Of a stretch of 64,000 nt of DNA, positions 8,664-19,768 are shown piece after piece. The notes under the pieces were generated by a model. That model had not been told where the DNA came from. It saw nothing but the letters and a program-made list of their open reading frames with translations, and ran no database searches. A program made the position numbers and the translations under genes. Positions within the stretch are counted from its first letter, which is position 1; every line of letters starts with the position of its first letter. Origin of the DNA: Parcubacteria group bacterium M6-OD1-3 (lineage in GTDB: Bacteria > Patescibacteriota > Minisyncoccia > Moranbacterales > UBA9337); NCBI GenBank assembly GCA_003056165.1, contig LSNR01000014.1:70408-134407 (forward strand), written 5' to 3'.

Positions 8664-9779
8664 ATGTTTAAGCTCTCCGGATTTAAAAAAAATTATTTTC
8701 TAGGCATTGATTTTGGTACTTCGTCAATTAAAATAGTGGAATTGGTTTATAAAAAAAGTGGTGTATATCTATCTAACTACGGTTGGGTTAACTTACCTGC
8801 AAATAACAAAGTTTCTAAATCTACTATGACGCAGGATGAAAGAGACAGGGAAGTTGAAAAAAATTTAAAAAAACTAATTGATAAAATGAGTATTGAGAGT
8901 AATTCAGCACATATTTCGATGGGTGCTTTCAAAGGTTTATCAACTTTAGTAGAAGTTTTCGGAGCGACGGAGGATAATATGGGAGATATTGTTAAAGCAG
9001 AGGCCAATAAATATATCCCAGTATCTTTGGATGAGGTTTATTTAAGCTGGGATATAGTATCTAAGCAAAAAAAGAAAAGTGTTTTAACAAAAATAAAAGA
9101 AAGTGAATCTGATAGATTAGAGCAGAAGAATAAATCCAGTCAAGTTTTGCTTGTTGCAGCACCAAAAGAAGATGTTCGCAGGTATGAAAAAATAGTTGAT
9201 AATGTAGGGCTGGAGGTGGATTCGTTAGAGTTGGATATATTTTCGGTGGTGAGATCATTGATTGGTGATGACTTAGGAACATTTTTGATAATTGATATGG
9301 GTGCAAAGATAACTAATATTATATTGGTCAAGAGAGGGATAATTACTATTAATAGGAATATTAATGTTGGCGGAGATGAAATAACTAAAAATATAATGTC
9401 TAATTTAAATGTTTCATGGTCTCGTGCAGAAGATTTTAAAAAAAGAAATGATTATCTTTCCGGTGAAGGAAAAATGATGATTGATCCAGTAGTAAATATT
9501 GTAACAAAAGAAGCTAAGCGGATTATAGAACTGGGTATCAATAATAATGAAAAAAACAAAATTGATAGTATCCTGATTACTGGAGGTGGAGTTGATATTG
9601 TTGGGATAAGTAATATTTTTTCTGACAAATTGGGCATTAAAGCGACAATGAGTGATCCTTGGAAAAAAATTATAATTGAAAATAATAAATTGAAAAATAA
9701 AAATACAAATATTTTAGCTATGTTATCTGTGGCTACGGGATTAGCACTTAAAGGTGTCGGAAGTTATAAGCGTAATTAA
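8664..9779 (+). CDS. pilM: Type IV pilus assembly protein PilM
   Basis: LGIDFGTSSIKIVEL, IIDMGAKIT, VATGLALK actin-like motifs. Confidence 0.93.
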   Translation: MFKLSGFKKNYFLGIDFGTSSIKIVELVYKKSGVYLSNYGWVNLPANNKVSKSTMTQDERDREVEKNLKKLIDKMSIESNSAHISMGAFKGLSTLVEVFGATEDNMGDIVKAEANKYIPVSLDEVYLSWDIVSKQKKKSVLTKIKESESDRLEQKNKSSQVLLVAAPKEDVRRYEKIVDNVGLEVDSLELDIFSVVRSLIGDDLGTFLIIDMGAKITNIILVKRGIITINRNINVGGDEITKNIMSNLNVSWSRAEDFKKRNDYLSGEGKMMIDPVVNIVTKEAKRIIELGINNNEKNKIDSILITGGGVDIVGISNIFSDKLGIKATMSDPWKKIIIENNKLKNKNTNILAMLSVATGLALKGVGSYKRN

Positions 9780-9866
9780 TTTTGTGTTAAAATAAATTTG
9801 TGCTATAATTTAATGAGTTATCAGGTAATAAAATTTTTCATATAAATAACAATAAAAATAAAAAAA

Positions 9867-10421
9867 ATGATTGATATAAATCTTCATAAAGCATCAGAAA
9901 ATGACTTAAAAATAAGTCGAAGAAAAAGTATTTTTAGAAGTGGATTTTTCCTATCAGTTGCTCTGCTAGCCGTTGTTTCGGTTATTTTCGGGATAACTAA
10001 ATTGTATCAGAACAATTTAATAAACAAAAAGAATTCATTGGTTCAACTGAGAGCGGATAAGTTGAATTCCTTTGATAATAATACTGTTAATAATTTGGTT
10101 AACTTTAAAAGAAGATTAGATGGAGTTTCATTTAATTTGCAAAATAAAGATAATCCTGGTGAGGTATTAAATAGCGTGGAAAACCTAATAGTTAAGGGTG
10201 CCTCTCTTAATGATTTAGACTATGACATTATGAATAATAGTCTAAAAATGGAAGTTGTTGCAGATAGTTTTAGGTTAGCTTCAAATCAAATGCTTAGTTT
10301 GAAGAAAAGTGACTTATTCAGGGATGTTTTAATTGACGATTCTTATAGAAATGAGGCTGGACAGGCTGTCTTTACTCTAACGGGTGTACTAAAAAATGAA
10401 ACAAAAATAAATAAAAGATAA
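9867..10421 (+). CDS. pilN: PilN-like protein
   Basis: N-terminal IDINL motif, single TM, coiled coil, follows pilM. Confidence 0.7.
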   Translation: MIDINLHKASENDLKISRRKSIFRSGFFLSVALLAVVSVIFGITKLYQNNLINKKNSLVQLRADKLNSFDNNTVNNLVNFKRRLDGVSFNLQNKDNPGEVLNSVENLIVKGASLNDLDYDIMNNSLKMEVVADSFRLASNQMLSLKKSDLFRDVLIDDSYRNEAGQAVFTLTGVLKNETKINKR

Positions 10422-10469
10422 TAAATATAAAAAGACTTTTTTATAAAAGTCCTAAAAATAATTAAAAAT

Positions 10470-11321
10470 ATGAAATTAAAATTTTTATTGATGCCTATTG
10501 CAGTGATATCTTCTATAATAATTATTATTTGGTATATTTGGCCAATGTGGTTTGATGATAAGCTAGATGATAGTATTACTTCCATAAACAAAAATATTAA
10601 ATCAGTTCAGGCTGAGATTAATAAAATAGAACAAAGAAAAACAAATATTATATCTCTTGACGAATCTTTGCAAAGTCAAGGAGAGGATAAAAACTTAGTA
10701 GAGAATTATTATCCAGAAATACGCAAGGAGGAGGATGTTATAAATAAAATAAATCAGATTGCTTTTTCTACTGGGGTATATATATCTGAAATGAATATTG
10801 ATTATGGTGACGATATTTCTAAAGAAAAAATGAATAAATTCTTAGCTATACCTAAGTATGTGCCTATTCCAGAAATAGTTCCAAAAAATTCAACAAAAAC
10901 TGCGTCAAGTACACCAGCGAGCATATCTGCTAAGAAAGATGTTTTGTCGAAGCTGGTAGCTGTTAATTTGAAGATATATGGAAATTATGATCAAATAAAA
11001 AGTTTTCTTAATACGCTTTACCCGATTGGGTTATTGAGCAATATAGAATCATTTGAAATCAAGAAGGACGCTAATGAGCAGAAGAAGGCGGAAGGTGATA
11101 GTGATAAAAATTCATCAACTTTATTAACTAGTAATATAACCATAAATTTTGGTTATTTAAAAAAAGGAAATTCCAAACTTGCTGAATTATTAGAATCACC
11201 AACAATGGAAGTTAAACAATTCGATTTTAATATTATTGATAAATTTAGAGATTTATTACTTGAGAAATATTCTAATAGTGAAATAGGTGAAACGGGAGAA
11301 TCTAATCCATTTTTTCCATAG
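10470..11321 (+). CDS. pilO: PilO-like protein
   Basis: N-terminal TM, coiled coil, GNYDQIKSFL motif. Confidence 0.75.
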   Translation: MKLKFLLMPIAVISSIIIIIWYIWPMWFDDKLDDSITSINKNIKSVQAEINKIEQRKTNIISLDESLQSQGEDKNLVENYYPEIRKEEDVINKINQIAFSTGVYISEMNIDYGDDISKEKMNKFLAIPKYVPIPEIVPKNSTKTASSTPASISAKKDVLSKLVAVNLKIYGNYDQIKSFLNTLYPIGLLSNIESFEIKKDANEQKKAEGDSDKNSSTLLTSNITINFGYLKKGNSKLAELLESPTMEVKQFDFNIIDKFRDLLLEKYSNSEIGETGESNPFFP

Positions 11322-11565
11322 AGAGTAACTTAGTTTGTAGTAATGATTGGTCTACTTTTTGAATGTCAAAAAAATGTTTTATTTGTAATAAAAGTGAAAT
11401 AGACTATGTATTTTCAAAAAATATTTTTTAATTCTCGGAGAGATATATATTAAATTAACATAGTATATTATGTAATATTTTCTAAATCCGTTTTAATTTT
11501 TCTGCGATTCAAAATAATAAATAGTTATAAAAGTAGGGACTTAAATTGGCTATCAATACAAAAAA

Positions 11566-13242
11566 ATGCCTGAAAATAAAAATCAAAAATCAAAAAATCA
11601 ATTAATAAAAGTTGCAAAGAAATTGGGAATAAAAGCTTTAGGAAGTGCTCCAAAGAACATAGATAAGAAAAGTATTGAAATTATTCCAGAAAAAATAGGA
11701 TTGAAATATAAAATGTTAGCATTCGATAAATCTGGTAAAACTGTTAGCGTCGCAATGACTGATCCACAAGATATAGAAGCAAGAAATGTTCTAACTTTTT
11801 TGGCAGAAAGAAATAAAGTAACATTTGATATTTATATTACTTCGGAAGCTGTGATGAGAGAGATTATTAGCAAATATCATTCTGCCGAAAAGGCGGTAAA
11901 AGAAGTGATGGCTTCTTTTGAAGATACTACAAATAAGGCAAACAAAACAGAAAGTAAGAAAAAAAGACAGGCTAGGCAAATGATGATTCAAGATGCTCCT
12001 GTTTCTAAATTGGTTCAAGTTATTATCAATCATGCTATTGAGGGTGGTGCCAGTGATATTCATATTGAGCCGATGGGTGATGAATACAGAGTTAGGTTTA
12101 GAGTTGATGGATTATTGCATGCATCACTAGTATTGCCAAAGAGTGTTGGAATGGCAACAATCTCACATATTAAAATATTATCTAACTTAAAAATAGATGA
12201 GACTAGAAAACCTCAAGATGGTAGGTTTAAAAGTGAGCGGGGAAAAATTATCACAAAGGAAGATGTCGATTTTCGAGTGTCGACATTACCAGTAATATCT
12301 GGCGAAAAGGTGGTGATGCGAGTATTGACTAAGGATGATAGAGTTTTTAATTTAAAAAAATTAGGTTTGTTAGGGAAGAATTACGATATTTTAAATAAAA
12401 AAATAAAAGAAACTAGCGGTATAATTTTATTGACTGGTCCTACTGGATCAGGAAAATCAACAACACTATATTCTTTTCTAAAAATTATCAATATTGAAGA
12501 GAGAAATATTGTTACGCTTGAAGACCCAGTGGAATATTCTTTAGATGGAATAAATCAAAGCCAAATAAATCCAGCGATAGGTTATACTTTTGCCAATGGT
12601 TTGCGTTCTATCCTCAGACAAGATCCAAATGTTATAATGATTGGGGAGATTCGTGATGGGGAAACTGCTGAATTAGCAATTCATGCTGCTTTGACTGGAC
12701 ATCTTGTTTTTTCTACTCTGCATACAAATAGCGCTATTAGTGCTATCCCAAGATTGATTGATATGGGATTGGAGCCATTTCTATTATCTTCTTCCTTGAA
12801 CGCAGTAGCTGCGCAGAGATTAGTAAGAAGATTATGTGATAGTTGTAAAACAGAAATTAAATTACCAGATGCCATTTATGAAGAAATAAAAAATTCTCTC
12901 AAAAATGTGAGCGAAGAAGAAATAAAAAAATATGGTTTAAAATCACTAGATTTGGAAAATATGAAATTCTATAAAAGTGTTGGCTGTGAGGAATGTGGCG
13001 GGGTTGGATATAAAGGAAGAGTCGCAATATATGAGTGTGTTGATGTTAATAATGATTTACGAGAAGTAATCATAGAAAAAGATGAACTGTTGCTGAAGAG
13101 GACTGCCAATAAACAACATTTATTAAATATGCGACAAGATGGCTTATTAAAATCTTTGCTAGGGTTAACTTCAGTATCTGAGGTAGAAAGAATGACGGAA
13201 GGAAGTTTGACTGTGGGTGAATTAGATGATGACAAAGGATAA
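11566..13242 (+). CDS. pilB: Type IV pilus extension ATPase PilB (GspE/PulE family)
   Basis: ASDIHIEP, GPTGSGKSTT, LRQDPNVIMIGEIRD, tetra-Cys motif. Confidence 0.95.
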   Translation: MPENKNQKSKNQLIKVAKKLGIKALGSAPKNIDKKSIEIIPEKIGLKYKMLAFDKSGKTVSVAMTDPQDIEARNVLTFLAERNKVTFDIYITSEAVMREIISKYHSAEKAVKEVMASFEDTTNKANKTESKKKRQARQMMIQDAPVSKLVQVIINHAIEGGASDIHIEPMGDEYRVRFRVDGLLHASLVLPKSVGMATISHIKILSNLKIDETRKPQDGRFKSERGKIITKEDVDFRVSTLPVISGEKVVMRVLTKDDRVFNLKKLGLLGKNYDILNKKIKETSGIILLTGPTGSGKSTTLYSFLKIINIEERNIVTLEDPVEYSLDGINQSQINPAIGYTFANGLRSILRQDPNVIMIGEIRDGETAELAIHAALTGHLVFSTLHTNSAISAIPRLIDMGLEPFLLSSSLNAVAAQRLVRRLCDSCKTEIKLPDAIYEEIKNSLKNVSEEEIKKYGLKSLDLENMKFYKSVGCEECGGVGYKGRVAIYECVDVNNDLREVIIEKDELLLKRTANKQHLLNMRQDGLLKSLLGLTSVSEVERMTEGSLTVGELDDDKG

Positions 13243-13307
13243 TATAAATAATCTGTTGGAATATAATAAATATAATAAATAAATATAATAAATATTTAGA
13301 TAAATAT

Positions 13308-13787
13308 ATGAGTGAAATTAAAGTCAATATTGAAAATGAGGATGAAGACAATAAATCTAATGAATTTAGTAATAGCGATAAAGATAGTAGAAATAATTCG
13401 GAAAAAAATAAAGTAACTATCTTATTAGCAGAAGATGATGAATTCATTAGAGATATTTATAATCGTATTTTTAAGATGAATGGGTATGAAGTTGTGTTAG
13501 CAACCAATGGCTTGGAAGCAATGAAGAAAATGGAAAAAATAACGCCTGATTTAATATTATTGGATGTTATGATGCCTTATCAAAATGGTAAAGAAGTTTT
13601 TAAAAAAATTAAAAAAGATGATCGATTAAAAAATATTCCCGTAGTTTTTTTGACGAATGTTTCCGCCGAAGATGATATAGAAAAAGAATTGCTGGAGCAG
13701 GCCGATAAATATTTAATTAAAGCGCATTTTACGCCCAAAGAAGTTGTGGCGGAAGTTGCTCTTTTGTTGAAAAATAAAAATGAATAA
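13308..13787 (+). CDS. Single-domain response regulator (receiver)
   Basis: ILLAEDD, PDLILLDVMMP, YLIKAHFTP motifs. Confidence 0.92.
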   Translation: MSEIKVNIENEDEDNKSNEFSNSDKDSRNNSEKNKVTILLAEDDEFIRDIYNRIFKMNGYEVVLATNGLEAMKKMEKITPDLILLDVMMPYQNGKEVFKKIKKDDRLKNIPVVFLTNVSAEDDIEKELLEQADKYLIKAHFTPKEVVAEVALLLKNKNE

Positions 13788-14862
13788 TACATTGCGCGTC
13801 GGACAAAAATTAAAAAGTTATCTGTTAATAGTGGCTCAACAAAATGCTTCGGATTTACATCTAGTTGTAGGTCGACATCCTACCATTAGAGTTGATGGAA
13901 GACTAATTCCCCTTGCTGAAGAAGAGATTTTAACTCCAGAAAAAACGAAAGAATTTAGTAAAATATTGTTAACAGAAAACAATGAGCGAGAAATGTTGGA
14001 AAAGGGACAAATAAATTTTTCTTATGATTTTGAAGGTAAAGCCAGATTTAGAACTAGTGTTTATTTTCAGCAAGGAAACTTGAGTATAGCAATGCGATTG
14101 ATTCAAAATAAAATAAGAACTCTCGAGGAATTGGATGTTACTACGAACTTGTATGATTTTGCAAAATATTCGCAGGGACTTGTTTTAATTACTGGACCAG
14201 TTGGACATGGAAAATCAACAACTTTAGCTGCAATAGTAGAACACATTAATCACAATTATGATAAGCATATACTTACTATCGAAGACCCTATTGAATATGT
14301 CTACCAACAAGATCGTTGTATTATTAACCAGAGAGAGATCGGTCGAGATGTCAAAAGCTTCCCTTCTGCATTAAGGGGTGTCTTCAGAGAAGATGTGAAT
14401 GTTGTTCTTATCGGAGAAATGCGAGACTTAGATACAATTAGTACAACAATGACTGCAGCTGAAACCGGACATTTAATTTTTGCTACATTGCATACTAATA
14501 ATAGCGCACAAACAGTAGACAGAATTGTTGATGTTTTCCCATCACATCAGCAAAATCAAATTAGGTCTCAACTAGCGAATGTTTTATTAGGAGTTTTGTC
14601 TCAAAGGTTGGTTCCGCGGATAGGTGGAGGAAGGGTTCCAGCAGTAGAGATTATGTTAAAAAATCATGCTGTAGGAAATCTCATTAGAGATAATAGATCT
14701 TATCAGATAGATTCAGTGATAGAGACGAGTCTTAAAGAGGGGATGGTTTCTCTAGACAGATCATTGGGGGAATTGGTAAAAAATGGTATAATTTCTATAG
14801 ATGATGCCTTTGCTTACACTGGTAACAAAGAATATTTGAAGACAATAATAAAAAATAAATAA
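13780..14862 (+). CDS. pilT: Type IV pilus retraction ATPase PilT
   Basis: ASDLHL, GPVGHGKSTT, AAETGHLIFATLHTN, AVGNLIRD. Confidence 0.95.
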   Translation: MNNTLRVGQKLKSYLLIVAQQNASDLHLVVGRHPTIRVDGRLIPLAEEEILTPEKTKEFSKILLTENNEREMLEKGQINFSYDFEGKARFRTSVYFQQGNLSIAMRLIQNKIRTLEELDVTTNLYDFAKYSQGLVLITGPVGHGKSTTLAAIVEHINHNYDKHILTIEDPIEYVYQQDRCIINQREIGRDVKSFPSALRGVFREDVNVVLIGEMRDLDTISTTMTAAETGHLIFATLHTNNSAQTVDRIVDVFPSHQQNQIRSQLANVLLGVLSQRLVPRIGGGRVPAVEIMLKNHAVGNLIRDNRSYQIDSVIETSLKEGMVSLDRSLGELVKNGIISIDDAFAYTGNKEYLKTIIKNK

Positions 14863-14897
14863 ATTAATAGATAACGGTAAATAGTTATAATAATATT

Positions 14898-16106
14898 ATG
14901 AGATTCAAATTTAAGGCAAAAGATAAAAAAAATAAAATACAAAGTGGCGTAGTAGATGCAATAAGTAAAGAATTAGCTGTCCAAGTCTTACAAGAAAATG
15001 ATTTGAATGCTATCCTAATTGAAAGAGAAACAGGCGATTCTCCGTTGAGTCAATATTTGCATAAGTCTTGGGAAAAGGTAGGTAAAAAAGATTTGTTAGT
15101 ATTTTTTCGACAATTTCATGCTTTAATATCTTCTAAAGTGCCTGTTGTTTATTCTCTTCGGGCAATTGGTGACCAAACTGAACACAAATATTTAAGTAGT
15201 CTAATTAAGGATATTGCTAATGATGTTGAGGATGGTACAACTTTTTCAGAAGCATTGGGAAGATATCCAGATGTTTTTCCTAAAGTTGTAACTAGCGTTA
15301 TTAATGCTGGAGAGGTTTCTGGTAATTTAGAGGAGGCTATCAAACATGTTGCAGAAAGTACAGAAAAAAATTATCGCATTACTGCTAAGATAAGGGGAGC
15401 GTTGATTTATCCGGCTTTTATTCTGACAGCAGCTTTGATTGTCGGGTTTTTGAGTGTTGTAATTATTGTGCCAAAATTAACTTTGATCATTAAAGATCTG
15501 AATGCAGAAGTTCCATGGTATACGCATATGGTGATAGGCATCGGAGATTTTATGCAGGCTTATTGGTGGGCAGTATTAGTGGTAATTTTTGGTTTTATAA
15601 TTGCTGTTGCTTATTATGTTAAAACAGAAGCTGGTCATAAGGAATGGGATAAAATACAATTAGAATTGCCAATTATTGGAAAATTGTTTCGGTATCTTTA
15701 TTTGACAAAATTTGCTAATAACTTTGTAGTGATTTTAGATGGTGGTGTGCCAATAGTTCAATCACTTAATATCGTTGCAGAAGTAGTTAATAATAGTATT
15801 TATCAAGGAATAATACTTCGTTGTGCTGATGAAGTTAAAACCGGAGGAAATATTAGTACAGTGCTTGCTCAATCAGATTATATTCCTGGCATTGTTACGA
15901 AAATGGTAATAGTAGGTGAGAAAACTGGAAAAATTAGTGAATCATTAGGTAGTGTGGGAAATTTTTATGAACAAGAAATGGATGAGATGATTAAAAATTT
16001 ATCGGTTTTAATTGAGCCAGTTTTAATTGTTGGATTGGGATTAGGTGTGGCGTTTTTAGCATTTTCGATTATTTTGCCGATTTATAATGTAGTGCAGAAT
16101 TTCTAA
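14898..16106 (+). CDS. pilC: Type IV pilus platform protein PilC (GspF family)
   Basis: Two T2SSF repeats (AGEVSGNL, VGEKTGKI), ALIYP and LIEP motifs. Confidence 0.95.
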   Translation: MRFKFKAKDKKNKIQSGVVDAISKELAVQVLQENDLNAILIERETGDSPLSQYLHKSWEKVGKKDLLVFFRQFHALISSKVPVVYSLRAIGDQTEHKYLSSLIKDIANDVEDGTTFSEALGRYPDVFPKVVTSVINAGEVSGNLEEAIKHVAESTEKNYRITAKIRGALIYPAFILTAALIVGFLSVVIIVPKLTLIIKDLNAEVPWYTHMVIGIGDFMQAYWWAVLVVIFGFIIAVAYYVKTEAGHKEWDKIQLELPIIGKLFRYLYLTKFANNFVVILDGGVPIVQSLNIVAEVVNNSIYQGIILRCADEVKTGGNISTVLAQSDYIPGIVTKMVIVGEKTGKISESLGSVGNFYEQEMDEMIKNLSVLIEPVLIVGLGLGVAFLAFSIILPIYNVVQNF

Positions 16107-16259
16107 TTGTGTATAATGTTGATTGGCAATAACGTATTTTTCTGTCATAATTGAGTTGTTAAAGATAGCCGAAAGAATATTAGGAGTAATGTTTTGAATT
16201 TAATAAAAAGAAGTAAATATGAAAATGAAAAATAAAAAAGAGAAGGGGGGTGAAATGGA

Positions 16260-16661
16260 ATGAAAAAATCAAATAAGAAATTGTCCGGTTTCACCTTGAT
16301 TGAGCTTTTGATTGTTATTGCAATCATTGGTATTCTAGCCTCCATTGTATTGGTGAGTTTGAATAGTGCAAGACAGAAAGCGAAAGATTCTGGTGTTATG
16401 GCATCTGTTAGTTCTACCGTACCTGCTGCTGTAATTTGTATGGACGATGGAATTGCATTAACTTCTCCCGCAGGAACTGGAGCAACACCTGTTTGTACAG
16501 GATCAGATAGCAACTGGCCTGACATTACCAATTCTGACGCAAGTGCATCATGGGGCGGTTGTTCTAATGACTTGACGACTAGTGATGGAACATTTCAATA
16601 TTGTGCAACTGATGGATCAAGTAATGTTATAACCTGTACCCAAAATGGCTGTACTAAATAA
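16260..16661 (+). CDS. Type IV pilin, probable major pilin
   Basis: G|[17 protein letters not shown] class III signal; strong G-rich RBS; downstream stem-loop near 16683-16726. Confidence 0.9.
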   Translation: MKKSNKKLSGFTLIELLIVIAIIGILASIVLVSLNSARQKAKDSGVMASVSSTVPAAVICMDDGIALTSPAGTGATPVCTGSDSNWPDITNSDASASWGGCSNDLTTSDGTFQYCATDGSSNVITCTQNGCTK

Positions 16662-16826
16662 TATTTCAGAATTTTCTTTGGAGCTTGCTAATTTTGTTTT
16701 TGTATAATAATTTAAAATTGGCAAGCAAATAGAGAGTTTTATTTTTCGTGGTGCAATGTTTTATTTTTAATAATAACTAAAGTAAGGCAACAGATTGATT
16801 TGCAATATAGCTTAATTATTTACTGA

Positions 16827-17261
16827 ATGAATGCAGTTTTTATGTTAAAAATACAAAAAAACAACTCAGGATTTACATTAATTGAGCTTTTAATTGTTAT
16901 TGCGATTATTGGTATCTTAGCCTCGATTGTATTAATTAGTTTGAATAGTGCGAGACAAAAGGCAAAGGATGCTAATTTTAAAAGTTTGGCGTCTTCACTG
17001 AATTCCGCCATTATGATGTGTTGTAATTCTGGGGGGAATATCCAAACACTTGTTAGTGGGGCTATTTGTAATCCCTCTAGTGCTGGAGAAAATTATCCAA
17101 ATAGTGAAAATATAAACAGCATTGATATTAGTACTGGAACGAATAGTCAATGTAATAATCAAAATTATCAAGTAACAATTACTCCCGGAACGAAAAATCA
17201 TGGAAATTGTACTAATATTACACTTAATCAAACGGGAATTATTAATTATACCGGATGCTAA
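16827..17261 (+). CDS. Second type IV pilin (start may be 16842)
   Basis: G|[17 protein letters not shown]; Cys-rich globular domain. Confidence 0.9.
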   Translation: MNAVFMLKIQKNNSGFTLIELLIVIAIIGILASIVLISLNSARQKAKDANFKSLASSLNSAIMMCCNSGGNIQTLVSGAICNPSSAGENYPNSENINSIDISTGTNSQCNNQNYQVTITPGTKNHGNCTNITLNQTGIINYTGC

Positions 17262-17292
17262 ATATTAATAAATAAATTTCAAAGTAACTAAT

Positions 17293-18099
17293 TTGTTTAA
17301 ATATATGACACTAATATTTTTTATAGCAGGATTGATTATCGGAAGTTTTTTGAATGTAGTGGTCTATCGATTGCGATTGACTGAGACTATTTTAGGTCGT
17401 TCACATTGTCCACACTGTAAGGCAAAAATTAAATGGTATGATAATATTCCATTGCTTAGTTTTGTCTTACTTCGAGCAAAATGTCGAACTTGCAATGGTG
17501 TAATTTCTTGGCGATATCCATTGGTAGAACTTTTTACCGGAATTATTTTTGCTCTTGTCGGAAAATATTTTTTCGTTCTAGGGAATAACTTCTCTTATTG
17601 GCAAACTGGTTTTTATTTATTAATATTTTCTTTATTTTTAGTTTTATTGTCTTATGACTGGCAATTTATGGAGATGCCAGTGATAATCTTTTGGATTTTA
17701 TTGGGGGTTAGTGTGACTTATCTGATTTTTATCAGCCTTAATGAATATCTTATAGGGGTGGATTTTTATAGACTGAGTTTATTTTCTGGATTAATTGGTG
17801 GTGTTATATCTTGGACCTTTTTCTTTTTATTAGTATTTTTTTCTAAGGAAAAATGGATGGGTTGGGGAGATGTTTATGTAGGATTCTTAGCTGGTCTAAT
17901 TCTAGGTTGGCAGAATATTATGCTTGGATTATTATTATCATTTATGATTGGTTCAATCTGTGCTATAATAATTGTAGTACTCAAAAAGGGAACGATGAAA
18001 AGTCAAATTCCGTTCATTCCTTTTTTAGTTATGGGGACAATTATAACTGTGTTTATTAATCAAGCTTTTCCGGAAATAATTCGGTATTTGTATTTCTAA
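17293..18099 (+). CDS. pilD: Prepilin peptidase PilD (A24)
   Basis: GSFLNVV, SHCPHC...CRTC zinc motif, MGWGD catalytic motif, IPFIPFL. Confidence 0.95.
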   Translation: MFKYMTLIFFIAGLIIGSFLNVVVYRLRLTETILGRSHCPHCKAKIKWYDNIPLLSFVLLRAKCRTCNGVISWRYPLVELFTGIIFALVGKYFFVLGNNFSYWQTGFYLLIFSLFLVLLSYDWQFMEMPVIIFWILLGVSVTYLIFISLNEYLIGVDFYRLSLFSGLIGGVISWTFFFLLVFFSKEKWMGWGDVYVGFLAGLILGWQNIMLGLLLSFMIGSICAIIIVVLKKGTMKSQIPFIPFLVMGTIITVFINQAFPEIIRYLYF

Positions 18100-18100
18100 G

Positions 18101-18589
18101 ATGCTTAAAATTAAAAAAAAAATAAAATTAAAAAAAGGATTTACCCTAATGGAAGTGTTATTGGTTCTGGCAATTATTAGCATTATGACAGGTGCAGTCT
18201 TGTCTTATGTTGGTCAAAGTAATCATAATACAGAATTAGAAACAGTCGCTAATGAGATTGTAGCTTCTATTAGAAAAATTCAAAATTATTCTTTATCGGG
18301 CAAAGAAGTTACTCCTGGTTGTGCGAAATACAGATTTATTGCAGTTAGTGGAACAAATAGTTTTACAATTGATAATGGTGGCGGTGCGACTTGTTCTTTT
18401 AATGAAGTTCATCAACTTAAGAATGCTGTTACTTTTAGTAGTAATGTCAATTTAGAATTTAATGTTCCATTTGGTAATAGAAGTATAACTAATCCAGTTG
18501 ATATTACAATAACAAAAAATAGCAATAATAATTATCATATTTGTGTGACTGGTGTTGGAGTTATAACAATGCAAAAAGCATCCTGCTAA
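18101..18589 (+). CDS. Minor pilin (FimT/GspH-like)
   Basis: KKG|FTLMEVLLVLAI. Confidence 0.85.
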   Translation: MLKIKKKIKLKKGFTLMEVLLVLAIISIMTGAVLSYVGQSNHNTELETVANEIVASIRKIQNYSLSGKEVTPGCAKYRFIAVSGTNSFTIDNGGGATCSFNEVHQLKNAVTFSSNVNLEFNVPFGNRSITNPVDITITKNSNNNYHICVTGVGVITMQKASC

Positions 18590-18612
18590 GATTTTTTAAG
18601 ATATATAATAAA

Positions 18613-19170
18613 ATGATTAATCTACAAAATAATAAAAAAGAAAAAGGTTTTTCAATGGGTGAAGTGCTGATCTCAGTTTTTATTCTAGGAGTGACGATGG
18701 TAACTATTTTGCAGTTATTTGTTACTAGTTTAAAAAATTTTGCAGAAACAAGAGATAGTATTATTGCCTCAATGTTGGCTCAGGAGGGAATAGAATTGGT
18801 TAAAAATATTAGAGATAATAACTGGGTAAATGGGAATCTTACTTTTAATAACATAGAAAAAACGGACAATTATGCTTGTGCTATTGATATTGACAATATT
18901 TCTTGCGGGTCAGTAAACAGAGTTGATTGCAGATTTCCTGCTACAGCAGAGACTAATTGTTCATTGTATTTCAATAATAATAAATATACATATGCACATA
19001 ATACTGGAACAAAAACAAAATTCAAAAGAGAGGTAGAAATTAAGAGTAATCCTAGGATTATAACTAGTAAAGTTAGTTGGGCCCCTGGTAAAGTGCCAGG
19101 TACTTCAAACTGCAATATTACTAATAAATGTGTATTTTCGAGAACAATTTTGACAAAATGGGGAGAATAA
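18613..19170 (+). CDS. Minor pilin (PilV-like); start re-assigned from 18541
   Basis: EKG|FSMGEVL; AQEGIELVKNIRD; VSW motif. Confidence 0.85.
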   Translation: MINLQNNKKEKGFSMGEVLISVFILGVTMVTILQLFVTSLKNFAETRDSIIASMLAQEGIELVKNIRDNNWVNGNLTFNNIEKTDNYACAIDIDNISCGSVNRVDCRFPATAETNCSLYFNNNKYTYAHNTGTKTKFKREVEIKSNPRIITSKVSWAPGKVPGTSNCNITNKCVFSRTILTKWGE

Positions 19171-19176
19171 AAACAT

Positions 19177-19752
19177 ATGAAAAATTTAATGCGAATACAA
19201 AAAGAAAAAAATAAATACACTAAGCGAAAAGCTTTTACGCTTGTAGAAGTTATTGTGGCGATGTTTATATTTGTTTTAGTCATATCTGGGTCAACAATTG
19301 TTTTTGCTAACACATTCAAAGCTTATCAATCTTCCAAACATATGCAAGAAAGTTTGGAAAATGCACAGTATGCATTAAGTTTATTGTCAAAAACATTTAG
19401 GACAAGTTCCGTAGTTGATGTCGCTGGAGATAAATCTAGCGTAACAGTATTTAATTATTCTCGTAATGAATGTGTGAAGTATAGTTTTTCTGGGGGAACT
19501 TTGCAGCAGGAGACGAGCGGAGCACTCGGAATATCTGCCTGTGCTGGGATGACATTTACCACAAACGATGTTATGACTAGTGGAAATGTAACTGGGAAAT
19601 TTTATGCTAGTAAAAGCGTCAAAAAAGGATCACCTGGTGCTAAGGTTGGTATGATAACTGTGACTATGACTATTATTTCAGGTAATAGTAAAATCAATAT
19701 TCAAACATCATCTTCACTTAGGGATTATGGTGTATCGGATATTACATTATAA
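19177..19752 (+). CDS. Minor pilin (PilW/GspJ-like)
   Basis: RKA|FTLVEVIVAM; C-terminal SLR. Confidence 0.85.
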   Translation: MKNLMRIQKEKNKYTKRKAFTLVEVIVAMFIFVLVISGSTIVFANTFKAYQSSKHMQESLENAQYALSLLSKTFRTSSVVDVAGDKSSVTVFNYSRNECVKYSFSGGTLQQETSGALGISACAGMTFTTNDVMTSGNVTGKFYASKSVKKGSPGAKVGMITVTMTIISGNSKINIQTSSSLRDYGVSDITL

Positions 19753-19768
19753 ATAATATCGAAAATTT

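Noticed and set aside
14191-14222. Atypical PilT Walker A (GPVGHGKSTT)
   Set aside because: It still fits GxxGxGKS/T and the other PilT motifs are intact; not evidence of a new function.
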